64,000 bases of DNA from Candidatus Latescibacterota bacterium (lineage in GTDB: Bacteria; Latescibacterota; CBDEFO01). The stretch is taken from positions 480,001-544,000 of the forward strand of contig OZ252149.1 in the NCBI GenBank assembly GCA_965248755.1, given 5' to 3'. Both the position numbers and the translations under genes were made by a program. The notes under the pieces are model-generated. The model was not told where the DNA came from, made no database searches, and worked only from the letters and a program-made list of their open reading frames with translations. This document shows, piece by piece, positions 10,474 to 19,927 of the stretch (position 1 is the first letter of the stretch; each line of letters starts with the position of its first letter).

Positions 10474-11401
10474 TATCCTCCCAGAACACCCTGTAAAAGA
10501 ATCCCTTTTTCTCTGTAAGCGACTGAACGTAGTGAACCAAAGACCACTTCCTACTCACCTCTAAAGCGGTCTCCTCCTCATCAGACATAGTGTCCCTTTC
10601 CTGCCTTGTAATCAGACTCTTTATGTACTCCTTAACCCCTTCGATTTCATCATCAGAGTAATAACCCTCAAAGGTCACAAGGTCCTGATAGCTTTCTCTC
10701 GTAAAGAGAAAACTCCTGGCGTAGGAGGGCATGGGAGTTCCGCTCAAGCCCGTATTAAACACCCTGTAGATGTCCTTATTCGCCCGACCGCCTTTGTACT
10801 CTCCCTTTGTAAAATCGTAAGCCTCTATCGGATTTCCCCAGCTATCTTTGAGATTATCGGAAGAGGGTCCATCCCCTTTTCCCCTCTTGCCGTGGCATTT
10901 CCAGCACTGCATGAGCATGTATATCTTTTCACCCTGGGCTATCGTCTCCTTGGTGACCGGAATCTCCGCTGGTATATCTATCGGCGCTTTAGGTCTTCTC
11001 TTTTCAAACTTACTTGAAAAGGTCTTGATGTACTGAATTACAAACATCCGCTCGCCCTCCGAGAGAATATCTCCCCAGGCGGGCATGGAAGTACCCGGAA
11101 CTCCCCTGGATATAGTCCTGAATATATCCTCATCTGCAGGAAGAGATCCCGATGGCGTAGAGCGGAACTTGTAAGCCCCCTTGGTAAAGTCTCTCGGCTT
11201 GGGATCAAGATACTTCGCAGCGGGTCCACTTCCGTTCCCGCTCTGGCTATGACACGCTGCGCACGCCTTTTTGTATATCCTCTCTCCCCTGAGGGCTGAG
11301 ACGCTCCATTCTTTTCTTGATGCGCTGTCAGATGAAGACACTGTGCAAGGAACACAAAGCCACAAGACACTGACGGTCCAGAAAAGCAGAAGCCATCTCA
11401 T
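10433..11401 (-). CDS. Periplasmic diheme cytochrome c
   Basis: Signal peptide; CAACH with distal GTSMP; CWKCH with distal GTPMP; PKPRDFT motif. Confidence 0.85.
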   Translation of the reverse strand: MRWLLLFWTVSVLWLCVPCTVSSSDSASRKEWSVSALRGERIYKKACAACHSQSGNGSGPAAKYLDPKPRDFTKGAYKFRSTPSGSLPADEDIFRTISRGVPGTSMPAWGDILSEGERMFVIQYIKTFSSKFEKRRPKAPIDIPAEIPVTKETIAQGEKIYMLMQCWKCHGKRGKGDGPSSDNLKDSWGNPIEAYDFTKGEYKGGRANKDIYRVFNTGLSGTPMPSYARSFLFTRESYQDLVTFEGYYSDDEIEGVKEYIKSLITRQERDTMSDEEETALEVSRKWSLVHYVQSLTEKKGFFYRVFWEDNEKTKEGDYQGGK

Positions 11402-11498
11402 TTTTATCTTTCTTAATCATCCTTCACAAATAAAAAGCGACAGACACTGCAACCCAGCGCCTGAACGTATTTTCTTCTGTGCCCTCGATAACACAAGC

Positions 11499-11527
11499 AA
11501 TTTAATATATAAGATATAAAATGTCAA
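11499..11527 (-). promoter_or_regulatory. Sigma70-type promoter for the cytochrome operon
   Basis: TTGACA-17 nt-TAAATT on the minus strand. Confidence 0.55.
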
Positions 11528-11579
11528 GGAAGATTTGACGCACATATAGATAGCCCTAAGCATAAGCTTAAGTTTATAG

Positions 11580-11608
11580 TTGACAATCATCTTTTGCCGT
11601 TTTATCTT
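11580..11608 (+). promoter_or_regulatory. Sigma70-type promoter for amrB/amrA (divergent)
   Basis: TTGACA-17 nt-TATCTT. Confidence 0.6.
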
Positions 11609-11692
11609 TTCTCATGAGTAGAACTTTAGTCATAGGCACAGCAAATCGCAGATTAAACTATCTTATGCGATAACCCAAAGAAGGGGATAAGA

Positions 11693-12541
11693 ATAAAAGT
11701 ATCAAAAGATAAAATCAGGAGGCCTGCAGTTGCGGGTCAGTTCTACTCTGGCGACCCTGAGGTCCTAAAAAGAGAGGTTGTGGAACTTTTAGAGCACGCC
11801 GATGACGCCGATATCAAGGGACAAATCACAGCCCTTGTGTGTCCACACGCGGGATACCCCTACTCAGGCAGGATAGCCGCATCAGCCTACAAACAGATCC
11901 AGGGACAGGACATAGACACAGTCGTGGTCACGGCCCCAAGCCACAGGGATTTCTTCCGGGGGGCCTCCATCTACAACGGAGGATCCTACCAGACCCCATT
12001 GGGGACTATTCCTGTGGATGTGGAACTTGCTTGTGCCATGGTCCAGCAAGATCCTGACATATTCCGTCTCGGAGACGACGGGCACAAGGATGAACACTCC
12101 TTAGAAGTTCAACTTCCCTTTTTGCAGGAAACCCTAAAAAACTTCAAGATCATCCCCATAGTCCTTTGCGAGCTTTCTCTTGATCTTGTAAAACGCCTCG
12201 CCGACGTTGTTGCCTCCGCTATAAAGGGCAGGAAACTCCTCATCGTCGCAAGCTCTGACCTCTATCACGGTTACTCATATAAAGAGTGCTTACGATCCGA
12301 TTCTAATACCCTCTCCAAGATCGAAGAGTTCGACCCTGAGGGCTTTTTTGAAGGAATCCAGAAAGAGGCCTACCATGCCTGTGGGGCAGGACCTATAACC
12401 ACAGCCCTTTTAGCCGCCCGGAAGATAGGAGCTGACAAGGCCCAAATAATCGCAAGGACTAACTCCAACGACGTGACGGGTCAAAAGTTCGGGTACGTCG
12501 TTGGCTACGGAGCCTCCGTCATCTATAAGTCCGATCTGTAA
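11693..12541 (+). CDS. amrB: AmmeMemoRadiSam system protein B (MEMO1 family)
   Basis: IRRPAVAGQFY upstream of the track start, PHAGYPYSG, EHSLEVQLPFLQ, SSDLYH, CGAGP, VVGYG. Start inferred at ATA 11693. Confidence 0.9.
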   Translation: MKVSKDKIRRPAVAGQFYSGDPEVLKREVVELLEHADDADIKGQITALVCPHAGYPYSGRIAASAYKQIQGQDIDTVVVTAPSHRDFFRGASIYNGGSYQTPLGTIPVDVELACAMVQQDPDIFRLGDDGHKDEHSLEVQLPFLQETLKNFKIIPIVLCELSLDLVKRLADVVASAIKGRKLLIVASSDLYHGYSYKECLRSDSNTLSKIEEFDPEGFFEGIQKEAYHACGAGPITTALLAARKIGADKAQIIARTNSNDVTGQKFGYVVGYGASVIYKSDL

Positions 12542-12562
12542 GCGAAAACCGGTGGAAAGAAA

Positions 12563-13108
12563 ATGGGATTTTCCGAAGATGAGAAGGAAAAACTGCTCAA
12601 AATCGCCAGAACCACTGTAGAGCAGGCCGCAAAGGGGAAAGGAATCCCCGACTTTGAAGTGGAATCGGAGGCGCTGAAAAAGGAGTGCGGCGCCTTCGTC
12701 AGCATCCACAAGGGCAAAGACTTAAGAGGATGCGTAGGCTTCATACGCGCCTGTGATCCCCTGTACATCACAGTCCGAAACGCCGCCGAAGCCGCAGCGA
12801 CACGAGACCACAGATTCTCCCCCCTGAAAAAGGGAGAACTTGGCAGAATAAAACTCGAAATCTCCGTCCTCTCCCCCCTAAAGAAGATAGAAAATGTAGA
12901 AGAGATCCAAGTCGGAAGAGACGGGATAGTGATAAGAAAAGGAGAAAACCAGGGGCTTCTTCTTCCTCAAGTTGCGACTGAGTTCGACTGGGATCTCACG
13001 ACGTTCCTGGAACACACGTGCCTTAAAACCAATCTCCCGAAAGACTCCTGGAAAGACCCCAAAGCAGAAATATGGATCTTTTCAGCCGATATAATCCAGG
13101 AGAAGTAG
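12563..13108 (+). CDS. amrA: AmmeMemoRadiSam system protein A (AMMECR1 family)
   Basis: GAFVS, LRGCVG, DHRF, EISVLS, GLLLPQVA motifs. Confidence 0.92.
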   Translation: MGFSEDEKEKLLKIARTTVEQAAKGKGIPDFEVESEALKKECGAFVSIHKGKDLRGCVGFIRACDPLYITVRNAAEAAATRDHRFSPLKKGELGRIKLEISVLSPLKKIENVEEIQVGRDGIVIRKGENQGLLLPQVATEFDWDLTTFLEHTCLKTNLPKDSWKDPKAEIWIFSADIIQEK

Positions 13109-13132
13109 AAGACAAGTAGACAAAAGTAAGGG

Positions 13133-13237
13133 AGATTGCTTCGGGATTTCATCCCTCGTAATGACCAAAGGACAAGCAACTTCATTGCGAGCGAAGCGAA
13201 GCAATCTGGTGGGATGGGAGGCAGTGCCCGTGTCTAC
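13133..13237. repeat. Composite repeat: family A palindrome (13133-13207) plus family C unit (13208-13237)
   Basis: AGATTGCTTCG..CCTCGTAATGAC / TCATTGCGAG..CGAAGCAATCT, then GGTGGGATGGGAGGCAGTGCCCGTGTCTAC. Lies between convergent genes. Confidence 0.8.
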
Positions 13238-13244
13238 TATCTTC

Positions 13245-14660
13245 TCAAAATTTATAATTTCCAGAGAAGAACAACCTCTTCGTCTCCTCGTCCCGGTCGA
13301 CTTCAGATCTTATCTGTCTGAAGACTGCGCGCGACCATGCAAAGTCCAACTGAAGCGACTGATCTATCAGGACTCCTGCTCCTAATGTGATAAAGTCCCT
13401 GTCGTCCCTTATATCGACAGGAAGCTCTCCGAGCACGGTCAAGGTCGGACCTATGAAAGATAGCGGATCTCTGTAGAATCCTCCCCGCAGTTTGACCTCG
13501 ATGGCCGGCAGTGAATATTCGGCTCCTATGTGGAATCTGGTGACTCCTTTGTACTGCTTATCGAAGTCAGCTTTTCCGTCCCCATCTATGTCCTCTACAA
13601 AGGAGATCTCTTCACGGAACTCATCCTGGAAGGTAAAGATAGGGTCCTCTTTGAACTCGGTCTCATCCCAGGATGCGAAGCTTACATCGGCGCTCAAAAG
13701 GAAATTGGAAAGAGACAGCGATCCTCCGAGTCCGAACTCGAAGGGGATGCGGATTTTGTACTCTCCCAAAAAAGGCGTAGGAGGCCTAAAATCTATTGTT
13801 AGGCTATCTGGGTCTTCCTCGAACCAAAGGGTATCCGCAAATTCACTCCTACCTTCCACCTTTATCTTATAGGTGACGGGACTGGAGACGGTAGCTCCGA
13901 GACGAATATGTTCTCCCCCTTTTATCAGCATCCCGAACTTGGCGTTGAATCCGCTGTATTCATCGGATCGGGATATTGTGTTAAAGAGACCGATTAAGTC
14001 TGGATTAGTGTCAGGGTCATTGGCTAATGATTTGGCAGAAAGATCGGCTCTTTGGGAAAATTCGTCGCCGCCGTCCCATATATTCAGACTTAATCCCAAA
14101 GAGACAGACGGCGAAATGTCCGTCGCGCCTGCTATGGAAAAGACCCCCAATCCTCCTTCATCTCTTTGCTGGACATCGTTCTCATATTCAAATATGGTGT
14201 CATCCACACCTTTATATCGGATCTTCGAATCGAAATCTTTGATCCTGTTATAGCCTATAGCGAAGACCAGGCTCCCCTGATATACGGGTACAGGATAAAC
14301 AAACCCCAAAGACCCGAGGGGCGTGTTGGAGATGTCAGCCGAACTTTTGGTCCCAAAGAAGCTCGTGTCCGTTTCGTGTCTGGTTTGGATGATAGCGCCA
14401 TATATTTCGGCTCTTTTTATCTGAGCCAATCCGGCGGGGTTCCAGTAGGTGGCGGAAAAGTCATCTGCGACTCCGATATAGGCTCCTCCCATCCCCATAG
14501 CCCTCGCCCCCACACCTGAGAAATTGTCTATAGACACCTCCTGACCCGACGCACTTCCTGAAGCTAAAAAGAATATAACCGCCCAGAGAGTTCTGATCCC
14601 GGACCCCCGATTTAATCGGCGCTTCACTCGGGGACAGGGTTGATCAATAGAACGATCCAT
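13245..14660 (-). CDS. OmpP1/FadL-like outer-membrane transport protein
   Basis: GARAMGMGGA, ADDFSATYWNPAGL hatch motif, C-terminal YKF. ATG 14660 follows AAGGA. Confidence 0.85.
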   Translation of the reverse strand: MDRSIDQPCPRVKRRLNRGSGIRTLWAVIFFLASGSASGQEVSIDNFSGVGARAMGMGGAYIGVADDFSATYWNPAGLAQIKRAEIYGAIIQTRHETDTSFFGTKSSADISNTPLGSLGFVYPVPVYQGSLVFAIGYNRIKDFDSKIRYKGVDDTIFEYENDVQQRDEGGLGVFSIAGATDISPSVSLGLSLNIWDGGDEFSQRADLSAKSLANDPDTNPDLIGLFNTISRSDEYSGFNAKFGMLIKGGEHIRLGATVSSPVTYKIKVEGRSEFADTLWFEEDPDSLTIDFRPPTPFLGEYKIRIPFEFGLGGSLSLSNFLLSADVSFASWDETEFKEDPIFTFQDEFREEISFVEDIDGDGKADFDKQYKGVTRFHIGAEYSLPAIEVKLRGGFYRDPLSFIGPTLTVLGELPVDIRDDRDFITLGAGVLIDQSLQLDFAWSRAVFRQIRSEVDRDEETKRLFFSGNYKF

Positions 14661-14953
14661 CTCCATTCCTTTCTATCCGTTGGTAGCTCAGACGACTTCG
14701 TGTGCTTATCACTTTCTTGCCACATCCTGCCTCCTGCAGGAGAGGGGTGGCAGCGATGCACGGAGTGCCCTCCCCCCCGATTGAATCTATTTGGGAGTCA
14801 GGGATCAATATGTTTGAAGGCGTCTGTTTGCCTTATGTTATGAACTAATCGAAGCTTTAAGTTAGACTAATCAGGCCTCGTTTGGTTTCCGAGCTTTTTT
14901 AAGTGCACAAAAAACAAGTCCCTGAAGTCAGCGCGCGATAGCAACGAGAAACT

Positions 14954-15464
14954 CTACTCTTTACCGTCTCTATGTATAATATGCTCTGTCACCTCAGGGA
15001 TCGAATTGAGGGATTCTTGCAGGAATGTCGGGTATAGTGGGATCTTGTCAAGTTCGGAAGGTTGAAACCACTTAAAGATCAGCATCATTCCTTCTTCATC
15101 TCCTCTAAACGGTTCATCTGTCTTATTAAGATGGCGATCATTTGGAAAGGTCATCAAAAAATAGAATCCTAACTCGTGATTGGATTTGCCGTCATGTTCA
15201 AAGAAGTTTTCGACAACCCAGACCAATCTCTCAACCTGGATCTCAACACCGAGTTCCTCTCGCATCTCCCTTCTCAGTGCACCTGTTGCGGGCTCCAGTA
15301 GCTCACATCTCCCTCCCGGCAGGCACCCAGGAGTCATCTATTCTTGTTCTGTGAAGCAGAACTCGATCGCCATTCAAGACGATCCCGGCTACTTGATAAG
15401 TGAACTTTATTTTATCTTTTTCAAATCTGATCATTTTCCTGGAGACCGCGATTTCATTTACCAT
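14954..15464 (-). pseudogene. NUDIX hydrolase with a +1 frameshift
   Basis: 5' frame MVNEIAVSRKMIRFEKDKIKFTYQVAGIVLNGDRVLLHRTRIDDSW joins CLPGGRCELLEPATGALRREMREELG (Nudix box) if one G is removed at 15326-15328. Confidence 0.75.
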
Positions 15465-15468
15465 CTAC

Positions 15469-16203
15469 CTATCGCGAGGCCGCCACCACACCGACCGGCT
15501 TTATATTGTCAACCACCACTTCCACGGTCACCGCCTTGGGGGACTGCACAGCCAAAAACAGAGCCGCATGGGCTATGTCTTCAGGGTCCATCCACTCGGA
15601 CCAATCCTCATCGGGGTAACCAGCTTTGGACATCTCAGTCGCCACCACTGCCGGACAGATCACGTTGACTTTTATGTCAAACTCTTTGACCTCCTCAGAT
15701 AGGGAATGTGTAAATCCTACAACAGCGAACTTGGAGGCACAGTACGCCGTCCGCTTTGGGAAACCTATTTTTCCAGCCAAAGACGAGATGTTAATTATAT
15801 GTCCGCTCTTCTGCTCCATCATAGCCTCTATCACAGCCTTTGAGCAGAGAAACGTCCCTCTTACATTCACAGCCATAGTTTCGTCCCACTGACTGACTGT
15901 AGTGTCCTTGAGAGTCTCCCTGAAGATCGCTCCAGCGCTGTTTACAAGGACGTCAATCCTGCCAAAGACATCCATCGTCCTTTCGACCATACCGTAAACG
16001 TCGCTTTCTTCCGACACATCGGCTGTCAACGGGAGCGCCTCGACTCCTAATGACTGTGCTTCTTTTGCCACCTTCTCTATTTCTGACTCGGTCCTTGCCA
16101 CAGGGACAATATTTGCACCTTCTCTGGCAAAAGCCAAGGCTATGGCTCTCCCGATTCCCCTTCCTCCTCCCGTTATGATAGCTGTTTTGTCTTTCATCTG
16201 CAT
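15469..16203 (-). CDS. Classical SDR family oxidoreductase
   Basis: TGGGRGIG, NSAG, YCASK motifs. Confidence 0.92.
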   Translation of the reverse strand: MQMKDKTAIITGGGRGIGRAIALAFAREGANIVPVARTESEIEKVAKEAQSLGVEALPLTADVSEESDVYGMVERTMDVFGRIDVLVNSAGAIFRETLKDTTVSQWDETMAVNVRGTFLCSKAVIEAMMEQKSGHIINISSLAGKIGFPKRTAYCASKFAVVGFTHSLSEEVKEFDIKVNVICPAVVATEMSKAGYPDEDWSEWMDPEDIAHAALFLAVQSPKAVTVEVVVDNIKPVGVVAASR

Positions 16204-16231
16204 GTGATATCTCCTCCATAAAGGCAGTAGA

Positions 16232-16384
16232 TCCCCGATTGAATCTATCGGGCATAACAGGGCACCGCCGTAAACAGGGCACCACCTCCCGTCCCACCAG
16301 ATTGTTTCGGGCCGGGCGTCCCTCGCAATGACACTAAAGAATAATCAACGCCATTACGAGCCGAAGCCCAGAGCGAAGCGATCT
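16232..16384. repeat. Mosaic of repeat families B (16232-16252), C (16270-16298) and A (16299-16384)
   Basis: CCCCGATTGAATCTATCGGG; GTAAACAGGGCACCACCTCCCGTCCCACC; AGATTGTTTCG..CCTCGCAATGAC..GCCATTACGAG..CGAAGCGATCT. Confidence 0.8.
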
Positions 16385-16431
16385 CAGAAGGGGGAAGATG
16401 TGCTCCCCGTATGCTATCTATTGTTTGGTGT

Positions 16432-17448
16432 CTACTTAATCTTGACCTCTTTCCCCGTCTTAGATGAGCGATAAATCCCGTCGATCATCTGCATCAGCAA
16501 AACCCCCTGCTCGGCTGACGGCATAGGTTCTTTACCCTTGGTGATGCAATCTATAAAGTGCTCGATCTCCAAGGCAAATGGGTTTAAGTCCTTCACATTG
16601 GGAGTGATGTCCAGAAACGTGCCCTTCCGCTCTGTGTATATCACAAGCGGGTCTAATCGCGCTCCACCTTTGGTTCCAGCGATAGTATTAAACGATCCGC
16701 TTTCATAGTTGACCGCCCAGGTAGCCTCTACGTAGAGCGTAGCGCCATTCTCGAACTTAATGAGTCCAAACGCCGAATCGTCCACGTCAAATTTGACCTT
16801 CCTGGGGAGGGTATGTCCGAACTCTGAATAGACCGATCCCGACACAGATACTGGCTTGGGATTTCCCATCATATACCATGCCCTGTCGAGCGCGTGAACC
16901 CCGATGTCAATCAGTGCTCCCCCTCCCGCTCTCGACTTGTCCAGAAACCAGCCTCCAGAACCTAAGGGGATATCTCTCCTCCTGACATAACCTGTCTTGG
17001 CGAAATATATCTTTCCTAAATCTCCTGACTCCACAAAATCCTTAACTATCTGGACGTCGGCCCTGAAGCGCTGCATCAGGGCGTACATGAGTATCTTGCC
17101 GTTCCCCAATGCCACATTTGCCATCTTTTGTGCCTCTCTGGCGTTCAGTGCGGGAGGCTTTTCACATAAGACGTGCTTGCTGGCTTTCAGGGCGTCAATA
17201 GTAACCGGGCTGTGCAGATAGTTCGGAAGACATACGCTCACAGCATCTATTTTCTCATTTCTCAACAGATCCTCGTGGTCGCTATAAACTTCCTTCACAT
17301 CATTTTCCGAAGCTATCCTTTCGGCAAGCTCTGCGTCAATATCGCACAGCGCCTCCACCTCAACTTGCTTTATAGCCTTATAGTGCTTCAGGTGTTCTTG
17401 TCCAGGCCAGCCTAAACCTAGTACCCCTATCCTCACTTTCCGGGGCAT
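16432..17448 (-). CDS. Gfo/Idh/MocA family oxidoreductase
   Basis: GVLGLG, HVLCEKP, GGGALIDIGVHALD motifs. Likely start MPRK. Confidence 0.92.
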   Translation of the reverse strand: MPRKVRIGVLGLGWPGQEHLKHYKAIKQVEVEALCDIDAELAERIASENDVKEVYSDHEDLLRNEKIDAVSVCLPNYLHSPVTIDALKASKHVLCEKPPALNAREAQKMANVALGNGKILMYALMQRFRADVQIVKDFVESGDLGKIYFAKTGYVRRRDIPLGSGGWFLDKSRAGGGALIDIGVHALDRAWYMMGNPKPVSVSGSVYSEFGHTLPRKVKFDVDDSAFGLIKFENGATLYVEATWAVNYESGSFNTIAGTKGGARLDPLVIYTERKGTFLDITPNVKDLNPFALEIEHFIDCITKGKEPMPSAEQGVLLMQMIDGIYRSSKTGKEVKIK

Positions 17449-17578
17449 TTTCAAGTCCTCCGCAGCATACGTGGTTACATCGTGATAAAATAAGCGACTC
17501 GGCACCATCGGAAAAGAGGACGGAGTCTATCTGAACACGATAAGCGTGCATTACAGCTCGCTCGGCAGAAGAAGCAGT

Positions 17579-17728
17579 TCAGACACATACACCCTGCAGC
17601 TCCTTTGGGCTCCGAGCAGCCAGCTCCACCTTCGCCTCTTCTTCTCCAACAGTTAAGGCGATAGCTTTGCCTATACCTATCCTGCTTCCCACGATAATCG
17701 CAGTTTTACCTTCTGGCAGCTTGCCCAA
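17579..17728 (-). pseudogene. N-terminal remnant of an SDR oxidoreductase
   Basis: Manual translation LGKLPEGKTAIIVGSRIGIGKAIALTVGEEEAKVELAARSPKELQGVCV*: a decayed Rossmann beta-alpha-beta only. Confidence 0.65.
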
Positions 17729-18012
17729 ACGACATGCTTTCCTATCATAACTCTACATTGCTATTTACGTCCAAACGATACATGGGCCAATATAGCCAAG
17801 ATCGATTTCAAAGTCAACCCCCGATTCAATCCATTTGGAGGAGAAGTTTCTCACAATTGAGTATAGCGTTCATAGAACTGTGTTTCCCCTTGCGCATTCT
17901 GTTGCAATGTCCTATTTTATCTTATATCGGATCAAATCAGCACAAAAGGTACCATAGAGAATAAAGATGGCTTAAAACTTGTCCTCACGAAAGTGGGGAA
18001 CGGAGGGAGATA

Positions 18013-18222
18013 ATGGTGAACGATACAACTTATGAAGATTTGACTGTGCAGAGGGAACAGGCCGTTCAGATCGTCCTTGCCACCATAAACAACGGAACGC
18101 TATCTATCGGATCGTTTCCCAAGGGACACCAGGCCAGACGCAATGAGATATGCAGATACATCGAGGTTATCGCTAAATCGGCGTACGAATCGGTCAGGAA
18201 CATGAGGCCGGAGGGTGAATAG
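18013..18222 (+). CDS. Small hypothetical protein (69 aa)
   Basis: Strong GGAGGG RBS before ATG; occupies an otherwise empty gap. Confidence 0.55.
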   Translation: MVNDTTYEDLTVQREQAVQIVLATINNGTLSIGSFPKGHQARRNEICRYIEVIAKSAYESVRNMRPEGE

Positions 18223-18262
18223 CCTTAAAGCTGAGTTCGGCAAGTGCAAGAACATCTTAGCA

Positions 18263-18943
18263 TTAACCCGGCCTCAAGACACACCTAAACCCTATAGTAT
18301 CGAGCCAGTAGGCAGGATTAAGCCTGTGACGGTAATAGCACAGACATTCGTTCTTGTAGCTTACCCACGAGCTGCCCCTTAAGATATACACGCCTGTTCC
18401 CGGCTCCTCTTCGCTTGAAGTCCATTCCAGGACATTTCCGACCATATCGTAACACCCGTACGGGCTAACCCCTGCTGGAAACTGATCTACTGGAGTAGTA
18501 TCCCCTGTTCCACGCTCCCAGGTGTTGCACTTGTACATGTCAAATTCATCACCCCAGGGATAAGTCCTTACATCAGTTCCTCGCGCTGCCTTTTCCCACT
18601 CCTCCTCAGTGGGAAGTTCTTTGCCAGCCCAATGGGCGTAAGCCGAGGCGTCCTCCCATCTGATGTGCGTGACCGGATGATTTTCCCTTTGGCCCGGATA
18701 TGCCCCCCCTTCCCAACCGTCAGGCGCAGGGTGTCCGGTGAAGTCAACGAATTTCCTATACTTCAGGTTTGTCACGGGATACTTATCTATATAAAAATCG
18801 CATTCTATATTTAACCCCTTCTTATCTTTCCCATAGAAGAACGCTCCCGAAGAAACCAAGACCATCTTCGCCTCATCTACAGAGGAAAATATCCTTTCAG
18901 GACTCTTTTTTTCAGGAGACATCCTATAGTCCTCCACCATCAT
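18263..18943 (-). CDS. FGE-sulfatase (SUMF1/EgtB/PvdO) domain protein
   Basis: YPVTN, HPVT..W.DA.AY..W, LPTEEEWEKAARG, YPWG, DMVGNVLEW, IGFRC motifs. Confidence 0.9.
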   Translation of the reverse strand: MMVEDYRMSPEKKSPERIFSSVDEAKMVLVSSGAFFYGKDKKGLNIECDFYIDKYPVTNLKYRKFVDFTGHPAPDGWEGGAYPGQRENHPVTHIRWEDASAYAHWAGKELPTEEEWEKAARGTDVRTYPWGDEFDMYKCNTWERGTGDTTPVDQFPAGVSPYGCYDMVGNVLEWTSSEEEPGTGVYILRGSSWVSYKNECLCYYRHRLNPAYWLDTIGFRCVLRPG

Positions 18944-19141
18944 CTAACAGTCCGCTCTTCTCCTCAATCTTGCTATATTGGCAGATGATTGTAAATAGCC
19001 GGATCTATTCGAGCTTTTATGACCTAACAACTTTTGAATATACTGATCTATAGCTAGGAATTCAAGAGGAATTTGAGAAATCACAGCAAGGGAAAAGATA
19101 GATACAACAGGAGGGATATCTTCTATCGAGTATATCACTTC

Positions 19142-19230
19142 TGGTGCCGAAGCCGGGAGTCGAACCCGGATGGACGTTAAAGCCCGCGGGATTTTGAGCC
19201 CCGTGTGTCTACCAGTTTCACCACTTCGGC
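19142..19230 (-). tRNA. tRNA-Leu (anticodon CAA), long variable arm, encoded CCA
   Basis: GCCGAAG acceptor stem, TGGTAGA D-loop, CT-CAA-AA anticodon loop, GGTTCGACTCC T-arm, ACCA end. Confidence 0.95.
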
Positions 19231-19305
19231 ACCTGTATTCAGATCGTCCAAATATGCGGGTAAGCAGCCAGCGCCAGACTGGAATGTCTGACGCGACACC
19301 TTGAA

Positions 19306-19797
19306 TCAAAAACTATCAGCCCGATCCAATCCAGGGGCGTTTGCCTTGCACGGTCCTATGATCTCTGAGAAGACGACCGCTTGTACGACAGATTTAGAGT
19401 TGAATCGAATCAGCAGACCCACAGGAGCTTTATATGCTTCTTTTTGAGCAACTTCCGTTTCAGGAGACTTGGAAGGTTTTGAAGGTGCAACGTGCACAGC
19501 GGGTGGAACGACCACTTCGGATTGTCCACTCGATTCTGGCTGAACATACCCTAAAGACTCTAACATTTCAGTCCTTTCCTGTGCTAAAGTCTCCCGCTCG
19601 TGTATCTGATCTTCAGCTTCAAAATCGTATTCTTCTTCCATTTCATCCGCCGGCATTGTATCCCGCAGCACCCTGGGAATAGGAACAGCAGGCGGCCCAG
19701 CTGTGGAATCTTCCTTCGCCTTTCTCTCCGCCTGCCGGATCTTGCTGAATATATAGGATATTACGACGAGAATGATGACAAACCAGAAACTATCCAT
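19306..19797 (-). CDS. Membrane-anchored hypothetical protein, YqfB-like by position
   Basis: N-terminal TM helix, acidic linker, C-terminal QAVVFSEIIGPCKA; third gene after nfeD-floA. Confidence 0.7.
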   Translation of the reverse strand: MDSFWFVIILVVISYIFSKIRQAERKAKEDSTAGPPAVPIPRVLRDTMPADEMEEEYDFEAEDQIHERETLAQERTEMLESLGYVQPESSGQSEVVVPPAVHVAPSKPSKSPETEVAQKEAYKAPVGLLIRFNSKSVVQAVVFSEIIGPCKANAPGLDRADSF

Positions 19798-19855
19798 TAC
19801 ACGATCTTCCTTTTTCGAACCTGCTTCTTACAGAGTCAACATGTTTTCCCTAAAT

Positions 19856-19881
19856 GTAGGGGCGAGATAATCTCGCCCCTA
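19856..19881. repeat. GTAG-family REP-like palindrome
   Basis: GTAGGGGCGAGA-TAA-TCTCGCCCCTAC perfect 12-bp inverted repeat; related half at 35205-35223. Confidence 0.75.
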
Positions 19882-19927
19882 CTTCGATACCCCATATCGC
19901 AACTATAGAACTCTATGAAGAACCGTC

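Noticed and set aside
17734..19230. Genomic island integrated at tRNA-Leu
   Set aside because: No integrase and no duplicate of the tRNA 3' end that I could find in the window.
18944..19309. 121-aa ORF in the track
   Set aside because: Overlaps the tRNA-Leu gene; spurious.
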